DNA of 64,000 nt from Octopus vulgaris (Eukaryota). The notes beneath the pieces were generated by a model. The model did not search any database. It saw only the letters and a program-made list of their open reading frames with translations, and had not been told where the DNA came from. Numbering within the stretch: the first letter of the stretch is position 1; each line of letters starts with the position of its first letter. A program made the position numbers and the translations under genes. The stretch is from contig OX597815.1 of the NCBI GenBank assembly GCA_951406725.2, forward strand, positions 53,506,001-53,570,000. Direction: 5' to 3'. Shown here in pieces: positions 14,277 to 29,994 of this stretch.

Positions 14277-14958
14277 CACACATATACGTGTGTGTGCATA
14301 CTCATGTATACACAGACATACATTAATATCTGTATGACATGCATTTACAATGTATTTCTCATAACTGATGTTTATAGTAGTTATTAAATAGCAGCATTTA
14401 TACTTAACTCTATTCTTAATGTTTAAGCACTAGTAAGTATAAATTTTAAAGATTTACTGGCTTTATAGATTACATTCAATCGATTCGTGTAATATCTTGG
14501 TTTCTTATGATTACTATGTTGGTAAATTATTCTCGGTAATTAAAGGCATGAATGAGCTGGTGCACCTATGTTCAAATAGTTAGATGTTCTTCGTATTTAC
14601 TTCCGTAAACGAGATTGCGTGGAAGTATGTATTCTTTTGAATCATAAAATAACAAATAACGGACATATAACGCGTTTCGTGTCATGTTGTTGTAGCGCAT
14701 CGAGGAATTTTTGTTGATTTTTATTAACCTCAGTACTTGGTCAGGTACTTGTTTTATAAACTTTCAAAAACAAAAAAAAAAAAAGTAAATGAAAAGTTGC
14801 TCCGGGCAAGAGTTTTCTGTCAAAGCACTTCTCGACGCTGAACTGGTGTTCTAAGCCATCCAGTTTCTGCTAGTGTACAGTATTTGTAACTGTAAAGTTG
14901 TAATGTTTAGGCGTTTTCCAAGCGTTTCAGTGCTGTTAGTTACGGAATGGGAAAGCCA

Positions 14959-15024
14959 TTCAGCTCCTTTGGGGCTCATCTCACATACACCGTACTATGT
15001 AAGATGAACCCCAAAGGAGCTGAA
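14959..15024. other. 66-nt hairpin (29-bp arms, 8-nt loop), pre-miRNA-sized
   Basis: TTCAGCTCCTTTGGGGCTCATCTCACATA / TATGTAAGATGAACCCCAAAGGAGCTGAA; the hairpin is certain, its function is not. Confidence 0.6.
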
Positions 15025-18000
15025 AAGAAGTTAAGAACACTGACAAAAATTATCAAGTAACGACAAAGCCAGCATTTTGTTCAGCACAGTCTCAATTCTT
15101 TCACTTCATCGTCCTGGCTTTGTTAAGAAAAATGATAACATTCATGTTATAAGAACAGGCTATCACCACTAGATGTATTGAAAAGATTATTTACAATAAC
15201 CGCAATATAGACGGTAAATGCCATGTGGGCTGTTTATTTTCTGAAATAACACACCGTATTCTATGATGATTTTCTACAGTAGATCCAGCAAAATATATTT
15301 AGAGAAACCGGGAAGTCAACACTACTAGATATTTTGCAACATGCTACGATGAGTAGTTTCAATGCGAATAACAAAAATACACAACCCATGCAATATTATT
15401 GTTAAAGGTGTGAAATTGTAAGGATCTTTTGGACGATAACTGACGAGGAATGAACAACGTGCCGTCATGTGTGTGACTTTTTCTGTTTGAGTCTTTGTTG
15501 GGCTACTGTTTAAATTTCGGAATTTATATATCAATATATATAAAGTTTGCCTATAGGTGACAGTTCTATATATATATAAACTGTCACACAAGTGGTTTCC
15601 CGTTATTTGTGTGCATGCATATGTATGTGTGTATGCGCGCGCGTGTATGTGCATGTGTGTGTGTGTGTGTGTGTGTGCGTGTGTTTCTAGCGCTCATATT
15701 TCTCTTACCAAAAACTAGCATCTCGCAGAATTAGCTAATGTAGTTGAATAAAATAGAGGATGATCACAGCTGATAGACCAATGATTGTAAAGGTACTCAA
15801 TCATGGTTGAGATATACACCACCACCACCACCACTACCACCAAAAACAACAACAACAACAACAACAACCCATAACGAACATATCATGTTCAATACTGAAC
15901 ATATCAGAAAGCGAGACCGCAAAACTATCAAAGATACAGTAGCCGACATTTTTTACCTTTCTGACTCATGATAATAATACACCATAATGCTCTTAAAAAT
16001 CAATGCAAGGAAAAATGCATGGAGAATTTTATCTTTTCCAACTATTTACAACTAAAGAACGGAGTACTGCGAAGAAGTATCGAACCAATTTAATAAGATC
16101 AGCAATCGAATACGTAGCTAACAAACTCTTAACATACATGGCATATCCTAATATAATGTATATGATTACGTTATCATTGTATTTTGCTGCATTTACTATT
16201 TGAGAATGGTAGAAATCAATCGAATTATATGCAACACGTCATGGCAATTTATTTTTATTTTCCTCGTACAAATAAATAAATGAATGAATGAATGAATGGT
16301 TAAATAAATAAATAAATGAATAAAAATAATAGAAATTTTAAGCAATAGACAAACAACGGTGACATTTTAAACGCTTAGTCCTAACATTAATTGCAAAGTG
16401 AATAAATTAATTCACATTCACTAATTACAACTTAAAAATAAATTATTCAAAATTTACGTTGCACTGTCGATTAGGGATACATTGCGGCAATGTGATATAC
16501 TCTGATCTTGAATTTTGTTTATCATCAACTCTGTCATGTTGCTAAAGCGTGGATCGTTGGATTTTCTTGTGCCACATTGCAGGAAATAACATCTGAACGT
16601 TCGTTCATTTAACTATAGCTAGATGTTGTGAAGGTAGGAAAACAGTTTTTTCTTTTCTTTTCTTTTTTGTTAAAGGAAACATAAAAAAAAAGTAGTATGT
16701 GAGAAATGTCAACTGTCTCAATCGACCATTATGTTGAATAATTGAAAGTAACTTTTGCAGAAAAATGCTGGAAGCTAGCAATATTCAAGCATAAATTTAC
16801 TTTACATTCAGAAATCTTACAAAGCAGTAAGGTAGATCATAATACCTTTTAAATGAATTCTCTACTTTAAGAACATCTAATGTTACAACGTGGGAAAATA
16901 TAGAATATAAGTATAAGATATTAAAGCAATAAGCACAAAAGATGTATTTTGAAAGCATTTCCTCGGAACATTCATAACATTGTACTAGTCTCATATTTGA
17001 AAACTTACAAATTAAGGAATCAACCTTGTGACGATGGGAGCAGTTAATCAAATACTAGGGGCATGTTAGTAAAAACTGTGACATGATTTACATAATACTA
17101 CTAAATACAATAGCAATTGCTCTAAATCACTAATAATTATTACTAGTGAGCTATTTAATCTTCACAGTATGTAATATTCTTGCACTTTCTTTTCCGATGA
17201 ATAAAAATTAATCTAATACAGAACTATAAATCGATTGCATACGTAAGTATAGCATATAGAGTTAGTACCAGTTGCTTGAATAAAACTCTTCGATCCCATG
17301 GTGGAAAATATGGTTACTAAGGAAGAAGTGAATAGTCAGAAGATTGTCTAGAGTTGTTTATAACTGCCTCTCAGATACAAAACAGTTCACAGTGATTTGA
17401 AAAAGATGTGCTTACTACTAGATTTGCAGCTACTAAAGTAACAATGTAACCTACAAACTTAATAAAAGTAATTGTTTTAGAAAGTTCATCTCTCTATGTT
17501 TCTACTTATCATAGTAGTGATTCCCATAACAATCAATCAGTTATGGATCATTACAATTCCCTATTTAGTTCTGCAAGTGCTTGTATAATTAATGTTACTC
17601 GTACTTTTTGTAGCAGATTTATATCTGCATAGAATTAATTTTTGTTGCTCCGCTCAGAATGGCAATAAGATTATAAAATATTAAAAGACATGAGAATTCG
17701 GTGAGGAAAAAAAAGTTCCTTTCTGGCAATAATTTATGCTTAAAATTAGAAAATTTAACCTTCCCTTTTACTTTTCAACTACTACAATTATGATGGAATC
17801 GATAAGAACATGACAAAGAAGTATTGTAGCTAAACCTGGAATGTGTAGTAGTTGTAGATGTTTGACATACCATAATTTCATATCCCATAATGCTTTGTTG
17901 TAAAACATTTTGTTGATACTCAAATGGATGCTGTAAGAAATCCACAATTTGGATCAATACAAGGAAGATATTGACCACTAGAGGCAACTTAGAAACCGAC

Positions 18001-19214
18001 AAAGTGACAGAGAAGAAACAAATTTAATGTAGAAAGTTCTGCACGCTACGCCTTATCATTCGGAGATAACTGAAATAGTAAGGAAGTCTTCACAATCAAG
18101 AACAAAAATAACATCCTTATAGTTCTAGAACATGATAAAGATATAGGTTGTAATGCAAACAAAGCCGAACTGGTTTATAAGAACGGTGTCTTTTCAGAGA
18201 AGCATTTGTGCAGAGGTTCATATATCAAACATAGCACTAATATTGAGAAATTAATCTCAGCTTTGGGTATATTACACTTCACTTAGAGACGATTAGTTTG
18301 TTATTCTGGAATAGGCTTGGGATAAAAGATATGCACATACCATGAAATGTTGACCACCTATTACAGTCCCTGGTAACTTAGAGCTATGCGGCCATTGCAG
18401 AATGAAATACATCGTTGTTACAAGTGGTCGTATTTTCTTATCTGCAGATATCTCAGTGCATGATGCCAAAACCGATATATTTAACGGGAACTTTCTGCAC
18501 TATGATATTACCATAGATGGAAGAAACTTCCGGAGGCTACACTTGCAATCATCGAACATCAGCTGAACCCTTTCTAGCTCATACCGTTCTTATAACTCTT
18601 TACAGCCCATGCATCATGAAACTGTTCTTCATGAGTGTACTACTATAAAAAAAGATCCACCTATTTCTAAGACATGCTGTGATAAAAATAGCTAACTGTG
18701 CCATTATCAGCATCTCAGTAAATGTGATTCTTACAAAATCATCTCCAAATAGTGTGTAGATTTGAAAATACATCTTGCGATAGTATCAATAGGTAGGAGT
18801 GTATTAATACGTACTAAAAGGGAAAAAAAAACGTACAATACAGTACCATGGTAACAGTTTCGAACATTTAACCGAACATCATTGACAGAGCAGATGTTTT
18901 GATTTTATTTAGAATTAATTTATTTAGAAGAATTATTTGCATGATCTAATAAGTGCAAACATTTCTCATCTAACCTTCGCCTTCTACTTTCTTTTGTATT
19001 ATCTATCTACCTACCCTACCTAACTACCTACCTACTTACCAACCAACCAACCAACCTACCTACCTACCTACCTACCTACCTACCTACCTACCTACCTACC
19101 TACTTACCTACCTACATACATACATACCTCCCTACCTCCCTACCTACATAGCTACCAACCTACCTACCTACTCATCTATCTGTCTATCTATCTCTGTGTG
19201 TGTATGTGTGTGTA

Positions 19215-20010
19215 TGAGACCTTTGAAAGCGTCGAGATAAAAACAGTGTTCAAAATCGGACATCAAGGACATTAACTGGATAGGTGACGTGAGCATCATT
19301 GGTGAGCAACTAAAAGACCTTCGATTCACAGATGACATTGCACACATCGCTAAAACCAGAGACCAGCTGCAGACCAAGATGAGAGAACTGGACTGCACAC
19401 TCAGAGCTTAGCAGTAGATCTTAAAACGAATCGCTTGAAAGCAAAATATATGCTGTCGGAAGACGCAACACAAAGCCGAATAGATGCTGAAGTCTCAAAG
19501 AGAATAAAGGCAGAATGGAAGATACTTAACTCAATAAACGATGTGCTCAAAACAAAGCTAGACAATACCATACATGCCAGACTCTTCAATAACAACGTCC
19601 TTTTAGCGCTCCTATACGCAAGTAAGACTTGGGCTACTACGTATGTATACGAAGAGAACGGAATATCGATAGGCTACGATTGGCAAAGGGCCGTGGCAAG
19701 ATTCAAGCTGGGAATATGATTACGAGAGTATATTCGAAATATGATAATTCGACAAAGAAACTGGGTGAATCATGTGATCGTAGATAACCGAAAGCAAAAG
19801 TACCGCTAGGCCGGACATGTCACAAGTTCACAGATAACAGGTGAAGCCGTGCATTTGCCGAATGATATCCAAGAGATTGGAAAAGGTCAGTGCAAAGGCC
19901 TCCGCGACGTTTGGAAGACGATGTGGTTAAGCAATTTCGATCAAGGTGGAGAACAATGGCCCAATCAAGACAGAATTGGAAGCGCATTGTAACCAGCAGT
20001 TTATAAGAGT
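19215..20010 (+). pseudogene. Decayed RTE LINE, RT C-terminal half and 3' region
   Basis: LKDLRFTDDIA; LFNNNVLLALLYASKTWATT; R*AGHV; E*YPRDWKR..RPPRR. Confidence 0.8.
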
Positions 20011-20211
20011 ATCTGATGCTTAAGAAGATACTATGACATATATGTACACACAGACACACATAAAATACACACGCATAAACGGACACACGCACAGAAGGGC
20101 GATATATATATATACACATACGCACACACATATATACACACACTTACAAGCATAAGCGCACGCACGGCGACTGAACTAGAGAACCATGTAAATACACGTG
20201 TCCATGTGATA

Positions 20212-20247
<36 letters not shown>

Positions 20248-20403
20248 ATGTGTTGTCTCCATGAAAATGTCAGTGCATGTGCGTTTATGTATGTAAATAT
20301 ATGTGTGTGTGCGTGTATGAGTATATATGTATATACGTGTGTAAATGTGCGTACGCGTATACATACATACAGACATATATACATTCATACATACATACAT
20401 ACA

Positions 20404-20454
<51 letters not shown>

Positions 20455-20721
20455 GTATACATATATACATATATACATACATATATACATATATACATAC
20501 ATATATATATATGTATGTATATATCTATCTTTATATATATATATATATATAATATGTATGTAATATATATATAATATAAATACATATACATATGTATATC
20601 TATATTCAGAGAGACAGAAGGGGGAGAAGGAGAAAGGGAGCGAAAGGGAGAAAAAGAGAGACATACACACACGTGTTTATATTTACTTATATGTATATCT
20701 ATCTATGTGTCTGTCTGTCTT

Positions 20722-20778
<57 letters not shown>

Positions 20779-21077
20779 GTGTGTGTGTATAAATGGATGT
20801 GTATATTTTTCCTTTGTTTACAATTAACACGGAAAAAATAGATAAACAGTTACCAGATCAGCAAAAAATCACACAAGTAATAAGGACGTAACACTCTGTT
20901 TGTAAAGGTAGAAACTATGGGTTGATGTGAAATAGTTTGTGCATATATATATATGTATATATGTATGTATATATATATGTATATATATATATATGCATAT
21001 ATATGAATGCATATGCACGTATGCATGTGCCTTTGTGTTTATATGTATGTTTCTCTCTTTCTTTTTCTCTCTCCCTG

Positions 21078-21143
<66 letters not shown>

Positions 21144-21518
21144 TGTATATATATATATATATATGTATTTATGTATGTATGTATATATGTATATTTAATT
21201 CAATATGAATAAAAATATATCTATCTATATTTTACATAACCATACATATAGTTACATAAGAACAACCGCACACACATCCTTACATAAAGACAACCTCACA
21301 CATGTAATCACTTGGCGCGATAGATACTTATAATCACTTATCGTAGTGCCACCTGATGTCTGTTATATATTTTATTATTTTCTACAACTTCATATGTTAT
21401 GTTTTGTCATAATGTGTCACACGTAAAGCAATCCTAGTTGTTGCACCTTAAGAAGAATGATTTGAAGAAACGCTCTGATAGAAACACACACACTCTCTCC
21501 CCACTTCGCTCTCTCACT

Positions 21519-21554
<36 letters not shown>

Positions 21555-21858
21555 GACACATGCACACACGCACACACACAACAATGCAGATATATATGCA
21601 TATATGCATGTGTACATGTGTCTGATATATATGTTAGAAGATGGAAGACCAGAGGGAGAAAAATATATAATCATTGCACACATACATACGTACATGCGTA
21701 CCTGCATATATACATACATACGTACATATATACATACCCGTATGTCTGTCTATATGTATGTGTGCGTGTACGTATGGATGTATGTATGTATGTATGTATG
21801 CATATATGTGTATATATGTACGTGTGTATGTATATATGCATGCATATATGTGTGTGTG

Positions 21859-21892
<34 letters not shown>

Positions 21893-22273
21893 TGTATACG
21901 CCCATCATCACACAAATTACTGAAGAACTAATTCAGCTTGATTGCATAAATAAAAATCAAGTAAATATTTATTTTATCCGAGAATTTGTAATTGATAGCA
22001 ATGCAATTTCATAGAAGAACAGGAGAAAAATTGAAATTCAGTTATTATTCAATTAAATAAGGCTGAATTTTTAAAAGAAATTCAATATAATTGAAAGTAA
22101 AATAGGCGAAATTTACTTTTACAAGCAAATATTAGCAAAACGTCAATGAACGGTAGGTAAAAAAGGTGATTTATGTATTGTCACATGCATAGATAATTCT
22201 TTGTACAAGTATTATTGTATGTGTTTAGATATAGATGTATAATTATTTATGCCTATTTGTGTGTGTGTGTGTG

Positions 22274-22315
<42 letters not shown>

Positions 22316-22982
22316 CATATACATATATAGGTTAAGATATGTGTCTGTTAACCAGCCGGTTAAGTATTTTTATATACGTAAATATATGTACGGTGTGGCC
22401 ATACAAGTAAATATGATTTTTAGCATGTAGAAGCATTCCTGTATCTATATGCATGCATGGATTCACATAACACACATACACATACACACATGCACACACA
22501 CACATACACACACATGCACAAAATAATCTGCGTTACAGATGTATATGCATGTGCGATCTACCTGTATGCCTTTCTATATATGTACATGCGTATTTGCTAT
22601 CGAAAGTACATCGTTATGATCTACACACATAAACGTATCAAGTGTCTTCCATTTTTTTCTTTTCAATCAAAACCATATTTAAAGTTGATTCATATCTAGA
22701 ATAATTCAGAGATGGAAAATTATACATTACTTCTTGGAGATTATATAGATATATACTTATGAATTTTAAGAATACTTCTTAGGTCTAAAAATATATTTGC
22801 GTAGACATGAAAACACACGCACACACACATACACCCCACATGTCTCTTCTTATGTATAAAAAGAGTCATATATATATACTTAAACACAAAGATGCGCGCG
22901 CTCATACACACATATATATTTACATGTTCATATGTCTATATATATATGTGTGTGTGTATGTGTGTGATATTGAATATATATG

Positions 22983-23020
<38 letters not shown>

Positions 23021-23140
23021 TATATATATGCCTATATATATGTGCCATTGAATATATATGTGTATATATATATTTATATGTATATATATATATAATGCTA
23101 TAAATATATATGTGTGCCATATAATATATGTATATATATG

Positions 23141-23323
<183 letters not shown>

Positions 23324-23575
23324 GGCACAGATGAGTTGAGGTTCACAACAACTGTTTCAGACATGTTCTTTATTGATGATCAAAACAATTACATCGTGTA
23401 AAAAATATACACAAATTGTATATAATGCGTATTGACCCTCCCAACTGAGACATACATACATACATACATACATACATACATACATACATACATTCATACA
23501 TACATACATACAAACATACATACGGACGTACGGACTGACGGACAGATAGACAGACAGACATATAGACATATAGAC

Positions 23576-23649
<74 letters not shown>

Positions 23650-23868
23650 AAGAGAGTTGCTCAGTTATTGACGTTGAAAATAGTATTGAAATTTAATTAT
23701 ATCGATCTTGTATAACATTTTATCCGCAAATACTTTGCACACATGCATGAAATGTTTATGAAATCTACATTGTCTAAAAACTAAAATTTTGTGGATTACC
23801 ACACACACTCACACATACACATGCATACAACACACGCAAACACAATCACAGACGTGTGCCTGTGTGTT

Positions 23869-23918
<50 letters not shown>

Positions 23919-24676
23919 CATACATATACATATATATGTGCACACACACGCGCACACACACACGCACGCATGTATATACACATTTATATGTGCATGTAAC
24001 TACATACATACATACATACATACATACATACATACATACATACATACATACATACATACATACATACATACATACATACATACAGTTCTGAAAGTAATGG
24101 AAGGACGTCCTAGATTCGAATCCCGCTTGTAGCATTATCATTTATATTTGCATTATACAACAGTAAACTTTCTCAAGCAGCATCCTAAACAAATCAATAA
24201 ATCAATCAATTTATTTATCTCTTTATATGTATACATTTTCACACACACACAGACAAACACACATACACTCACACAGATATCATTATCTGTCCGCGTGCAT
24301 GTATGCTTGCATGCATCTATGTTTGTTTGCTTGTATGTACATGTGTGTGTGTGTATGTGTATGTGTGTGTGTGTGTGCCTGTAAGTACACATGCACGGTT
24401 TTATATGCATCTTACTGCATACCGTTGCACAGCATTTCGTGTCGCTGTTCTTGGACATTAACTCAGTCGTGGCAGGATAGATATTAGTCTGGACTGAAGG
24501 TTTCAGCGTGCACACCCACAACAAAATGTACATATATTCAAACGCACTGACGCCTCTTCTCCACACACATACACAGACGAATACAGACGCGTATACACAC
24601 ATATGCCTGCATAGAAATTCATACATACACACACACACTCAAATACACATATACATATATGTATATATATGAATAC

Positions 24677-25054
24677 TTTTTTTGCTCTTTTACTTGTTTC
24701 AGTCATGTGACTGTGGCCATGCTGGAGTACCGTCTTTAATCGAGCAAGTCGACCCCAGGACTTATTCTTTGTAAGTCTAGTACTTATTCTATCGGCCTCT
24801 TTTGCCGGACGTAAACACACCAGCATCGGTTGTCAAGCGATGTTGGTGGCGGTAGTGGGGGGACAAACACACACACATATCTATACATATATGCGACGAG
24901 TTTCTTTCAGTTTCTGTCTACCAAATCAACTCACAAGAATTTGGTTGGCCCGAGGCTATAGTAGAAGACACTTGCCCAAGGTGCCACGCAGTAGGACTGA
25001 ACCTAGAACCATGTAGTTCGTAAGCAAGCTACTTACCACACAGCCACTCCAACG

Positions 25055-25056
<2 letters not shown>
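24677..25056 (-). mobile_element. SINE family A
   Basis: Near full-length match to the other family A copies. Confidence 0.85.
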
Positions 25057-25093
<37 letters not shown>

Positions 25094-25137
25094 ATATATA
25101 CACACATACATACATACATATATATATATGATATATG

Positions 25138-25188
<51 letters not shown>

Positions 25189-25227
25189 CATATATATATA
25201 CACACACACATATATATACATATATAT

Positions 25228-25259
<32 letters not shown>

Positions 25260-25543
25260 CACACGTATATAATTGTTATGGGTGATCCTGTTTGAAATCT
25301 GAAGGACGATAATTAAATTAATATACTCACTACATCAAGTAGGGCATATATTAATTCATTTAATGACTCTTCATATATACTTTTTTTTGCATTCCTGCGG
25401 AATTCTTCTCAAACTGGGAAACTATGTGTGCGTGTGCGCACGCGCATATTGCCTACATACACACATACAAGCGGGACTTTTATACATTTTACGGATTGCT
25501 CGAAGCTTACTATCTTCCTACACTTTGATCCTTTACTTTTATG

Positions 25544-25591
<48 letters not shown>

Positions 25592-25666
25592 TTATCTATC
25601 TATCTGTCTGTCTATCTATCTATCTGTCTATCTATCTAATATCTATATATATATATATATATGTGT

Positions 25667-25705
<39 letters not shown>

Positions 25706-25959
25706 CAGATAGATAGATAGATAACGAATGCCAGGTTGTATGGAATGAATATATTTATTTCAGCAGCTGATATCCATAAGATTACAATCATTTTGCTGAC
25801 AACATCATGGAAAAGTAATTTATTTTAGTGTATGATGAATTATTTTACATGTCTGCATTAGTTTATATGTTATAAATTCATAGTACTGTTGTACATTTTA
25901 TAAGCTAATTCATGTATAAAAGGCTAGCCCTTCAGACTCTGAGCAACGGTTGTGATAAT

Positions 25960-26305
25960 TTTGTAGCTTTAATAAAAAGTATATTACTCTACTCTATTTT
26001 CTATTGTTGACTTTAAGACCCTCTTATATGGGCCTTAACTCCCACTTTTTAGAGTCCATGTGCTCCATTTTTCAGGAGCAAAATCCTTTGAATGGGTTTT
26101 ATAAAATTTGGATTTTGGAATCTGGGTATAAAGATGAGTAGTATGGGATAAATATGTCATGATTAGAATTTTTGTTAGAAAGAACCCCCATTACAATTCT
26201 TAATCTCCAATTTTGATGAAATTCGAATCATAGGTATTCCTGTTCATTAGAGAAAATATAAAAGTCTAATTCTGGAAGTCCATGTGACACAGGTATCTCA
26301 GCTAG
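25960..26305 (+). mobile_element. Degenerate non-autonomous Helitron-like element
   Basis: 3' CCATGTGACACAGG hairpin + CTAG; internal ..TTTTATAAAATTTGG and ATTTTGATGAAATTCG motifs resembling Helitron/DINE subterminal blocks; 5' end unclear. Confidence 0.35.
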
Positions 26306-26315
26306 AATATGTATG

Positions 26316-26367
<52 letters not shown>

Positions 26368-26406
26368 CATACATATATATGAGGGACAAAGTAAGAGAAC
26401 GAGAGA

Positions 26407-26451
<45 letters not shown>

Positions 26452-26615
26452 TGACAAGCAGATAGATTCACTGAATATCTCGTGGACAGAATCTAAACGG
26501 AAATTTATGGATACTGTGTATGTGCGTGCATATACACCCACATATTTGTGTGTATGCTTACATATATAGGGACCAGCATTTGTAAGATGTACGTCATTGC
26601 GACAAAAATGGGCAT

Positions 26616-27040
26616 CTTTTGTCTTTTAGTTGTTTCAGTCATTAAACTGTGGTCATGCTGGGTTACTACTTTAAAGAAGTTTAGTCAAATAAATCAACCC
26701 TAGTACTTATATTTTAAAACCTGGTGCATATTCTACCGGTCTCTTTTGCCGAACCACTATGTTGCGTTGATGTAAACACCAATACCAATTCCCAAGTGGT
26801 GGAGGTGTTGTGTGTTGAGGAGGCAAACACAGACACAAAAACACGAACACACACACACATATATATAAACGACGGGATTCTTTCAGTTTCCGCCTACCAA
26901 ATCCATTCACAAAGCTTTAGAAGACACATGTAGAAGGCACATGCCCAGGATTACGCATGCCCAGGATTACACGCAGTGAGACTGAACCAGGACTGTGTGG
27001 TTTGGAAGCAAAATTCTTACAACCCAGCCACGCCCACGCC
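26616..27040 (-). mobile_element. SINE family A
   Basis: Full-length diverged copy; internal CATGCCCAGGATTAC duplication. Confidence 0.8.
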
Positions 27041-27637
27041 TATATGTCTAAAATTTCCAACTATTTTCACTAAAGTTTAATATTTACAGATCTCGAACTG
27101 TTACAATCTTCTAGTAGTAAATATGAAATTTTGTTCAAATACCTCATTTTAATCATTGAACACATTAATAAAAGATGAGTAAAGATTCATGTGTTCATCT
27201 TCGTATTCCCTGTTACAGCTCAAAGGTTATAGAGGCATTGTAACGTTAGATCCTACATAATTAAGCAGTGTCACAAACCACAAGGGGCATTACTGCTGTA
27301 ACTCAGCTTCAGTTGTCACCTTTTGTATGTTAGCTGTCTGCAAAATGTGTCCTCTCCATTTACAATTCTCCTTAATCTCGTCTCGTATGGAGCATGTCTA
27401 TAACTTCGAATAATTTTCCCGTGTACACTTTAGTCATGCAATGTTGTATGCAATCCTCCTCTGGAGAGGCGTAGTCAGCCGTTGAAACGGATACAGGTTT
27501 CACCTACACATGTTGATGCTGAACATAATCCGCATCAAGTTGAACTGTTTGGGAGGACATGCAAATATATATGAGTATTTCAATCTCTCCGTTATCTATC
27601 ATACAAAAACTTCTATATTCTTATATCTATTGATGTT

Positions 27638-27848
27638 ATTTGACTGTGGCCATGCTGGAGCACCACCTTTAGTCGAGCAAATCGACCCCAGAACTTATTC
27701 CTTGTAAGCCTAGTACTTATTCTATCGGTCTCTTTTGCCGAACCGCTAAGTTACAGGGACGTAAACACACCAGCATCGGTTGTCAAGCGATGTTGGGGGG
27801 ACAAACACAGACACACAAACACATACATACATACATACATACATACAA

Positions 27849-27911
<63 letters not shown>

Positions 27912-28084
27912 ATTTATATATATACACGACGGGCTTCTTTCAGTTTCCGTCTACCAAATCCACTCAGAAAGCTTTGGTCGGCCCGAGGCTATAGTAGAAG
28001 ACATTTGCCCAGGGTGCCACGCAGTGGGACTGAACCCGGAACCGTGTGGTTCATAAGCAAGTTGCTTACCACACAGCCACTCCT
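27638..28084 (-). mobile_element. SINE family A (young copy)
   Basis: Very close to the copies at 1-345 and 47570-47983. Confidence 0.9.
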
Positions 28085-28086
28085 TA

Positions 28087-28165
<79 letters not shown>

Positions 28166-28452
28166 GCTATCTATCTATCTATCTATCTAGGTAGCTAGCT
28201 AGCTAACTACCTACCTACCTACCTACCTACCTACCTACCTACCTACCTACCTACCTACTTACCTACTTACCTACCTACCTACATACCTACATACCTACCT
28301 ACCTACCGCATACATACATATATACATACATACATACCTATCTATGTATCTCTCTCCACACACACACGTACACACACATATATATATACATGCAAATGTG
28401 TGGGTGTGTGTGTGTGCGTGCGTGTATGTATGTATGTATGTATGTATGCATG

Positions 28453-28498
<46 letters not shown>

Positions 28499-28656
28499 GG
28501 CCCAGACATGGCTGTGTGGTAAGAAGCTTGTTTCCCAACCAGATGGTTCTGGAGTCAGTCCCACGGCGTGGCACCTTGGGGAAGTGTCTTCTATAGCCTC
28601 GGGCAACCAAAGCTCTGTGAGTGGATTTGGCAGACGGAAACTGAAAGAAGCTCGTC

Positions 28657-28687
<31 letters not shown>

Positions 28688-28972
28688 TTTGTGTGTGTGT
28701 ATGTGTGCCTGCGCGCTCGCGCGTGTGTGTATCTATGTGTGCATGTGTGTCTTTGTGTCTATGTTTGTCCCACCCTCACCACTTGACAACTGGTGTTGAT
28801 GTGTCTACGTCCTCGTAAATTAGCTTTCGGCAAAAGACACCGATAGAATAAGTACTAGGCCTACAGAATATAAGTTCTGTGGTGGATTTGTTCGATTAAA
28901 AAACTTCAAGGTGGTGCTCCAGCGTGGTCGCTGTCAAATGACTGAAACAAGTAAAAGAAAAAAAGAATAAAA
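28499..28972 (+). mobile_element. SINE family A
   Basis: Head TGGCTGTGTGGTAAG, core GGCACCTTGGGGAAGTG, tail ATGACTGAAACAAGTAAAAGA. Confidence 0.85.
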
Positions 28973-29994
28973 GTATATATGTACACACATACACACACAC
29001 ACACACATATATATATACACCCACGCACTGGCGGGGCTCCAACATGGCCACAGACTTTGGGCTAAAACGTATAAAGGATTAAATTAATATACATACATAT
29101 AATTTACATGTATGTATATATAGGCAATTTTCATTTTGTCATCAATAAAATGATATTTCTTTTGTGATGTTTGTTGACGTCAAATTGACACAGTTCCATG
29201 TCTTGCAGTATTTGTTTCGACCTTCTGAGTTCATATTGGTCTCATGTCATCTTTATTTTTCTTTCTTTCAGGGACAATAAATAAAATATCAGTCCAGGTG
29301 AATAAGTATGGCTTATTTTTGTGTTAGTTGAAAGAGGAATGTTTCTGTAACTACCTCGGTTTTGTTTATTTTGAGTTCAAATCCTGCCTCATGTCATTGG
29401 AAAGAAAGCAGCAAATTGTGTATTGAATTTGTGAAGTTCTTAAACAAGTGTCCAAGTATTTCACTATTGATGCCAGTAATCAGTTGACCGGGAAGAATGT
29501 AAGGTTGTATTAAGAAATCTGTACTCAGAAAACAAATTATTTTTTTCTCGTAAAATCTATATGGTTTACTATAAAAGTAATTTATATGTGATTTCATTAT
29601 TGTTTAAAGTATTTGTTGTTATTGTTGTTGTTGTTGTTGAGACCTAGGTAGGTGCCATTCAACTAAACCCATGATCTTAAGAGTTTCAGATATGAAATCC
29701 TGTGATATTGTCGCTATTTACTACATATATTATACAATTCATTCCTTTACTTAAGGTGGAAAAAATTACGTTCTAACGGTAGTTTGGCATCATTCACTAG
29801 TAAGGAGATCGATCAGTTAAAAGTTCCCTCTTCCATATTTTACTTGAGTTGAAGTTGATATTTAGTATAGCTCAACCTTGATCCATCAGAATATTTTAGA
29901 ATTCTGTACGACAGCATTATCCTAATGTATCATTCCCTAATCCAACGATACGGCTAAATTTAAAAGAAACTTGAAATGGAGACGTTATGTGTGT

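Noticed and set aside
15449-15470. CTGACGAG hammerhead-like start
   Set aside because: No stem II-GAAA or stem I follows
18040-18700. Possible very old mariner relic (LG..K.C...P.MLT-like near 18315-18355)
   Set aside because: Needs several indels to read; too weak to call without alignment
27180-27610. Possible decayed transposase sequence
   Set aside because: No motif recoverable with confidence
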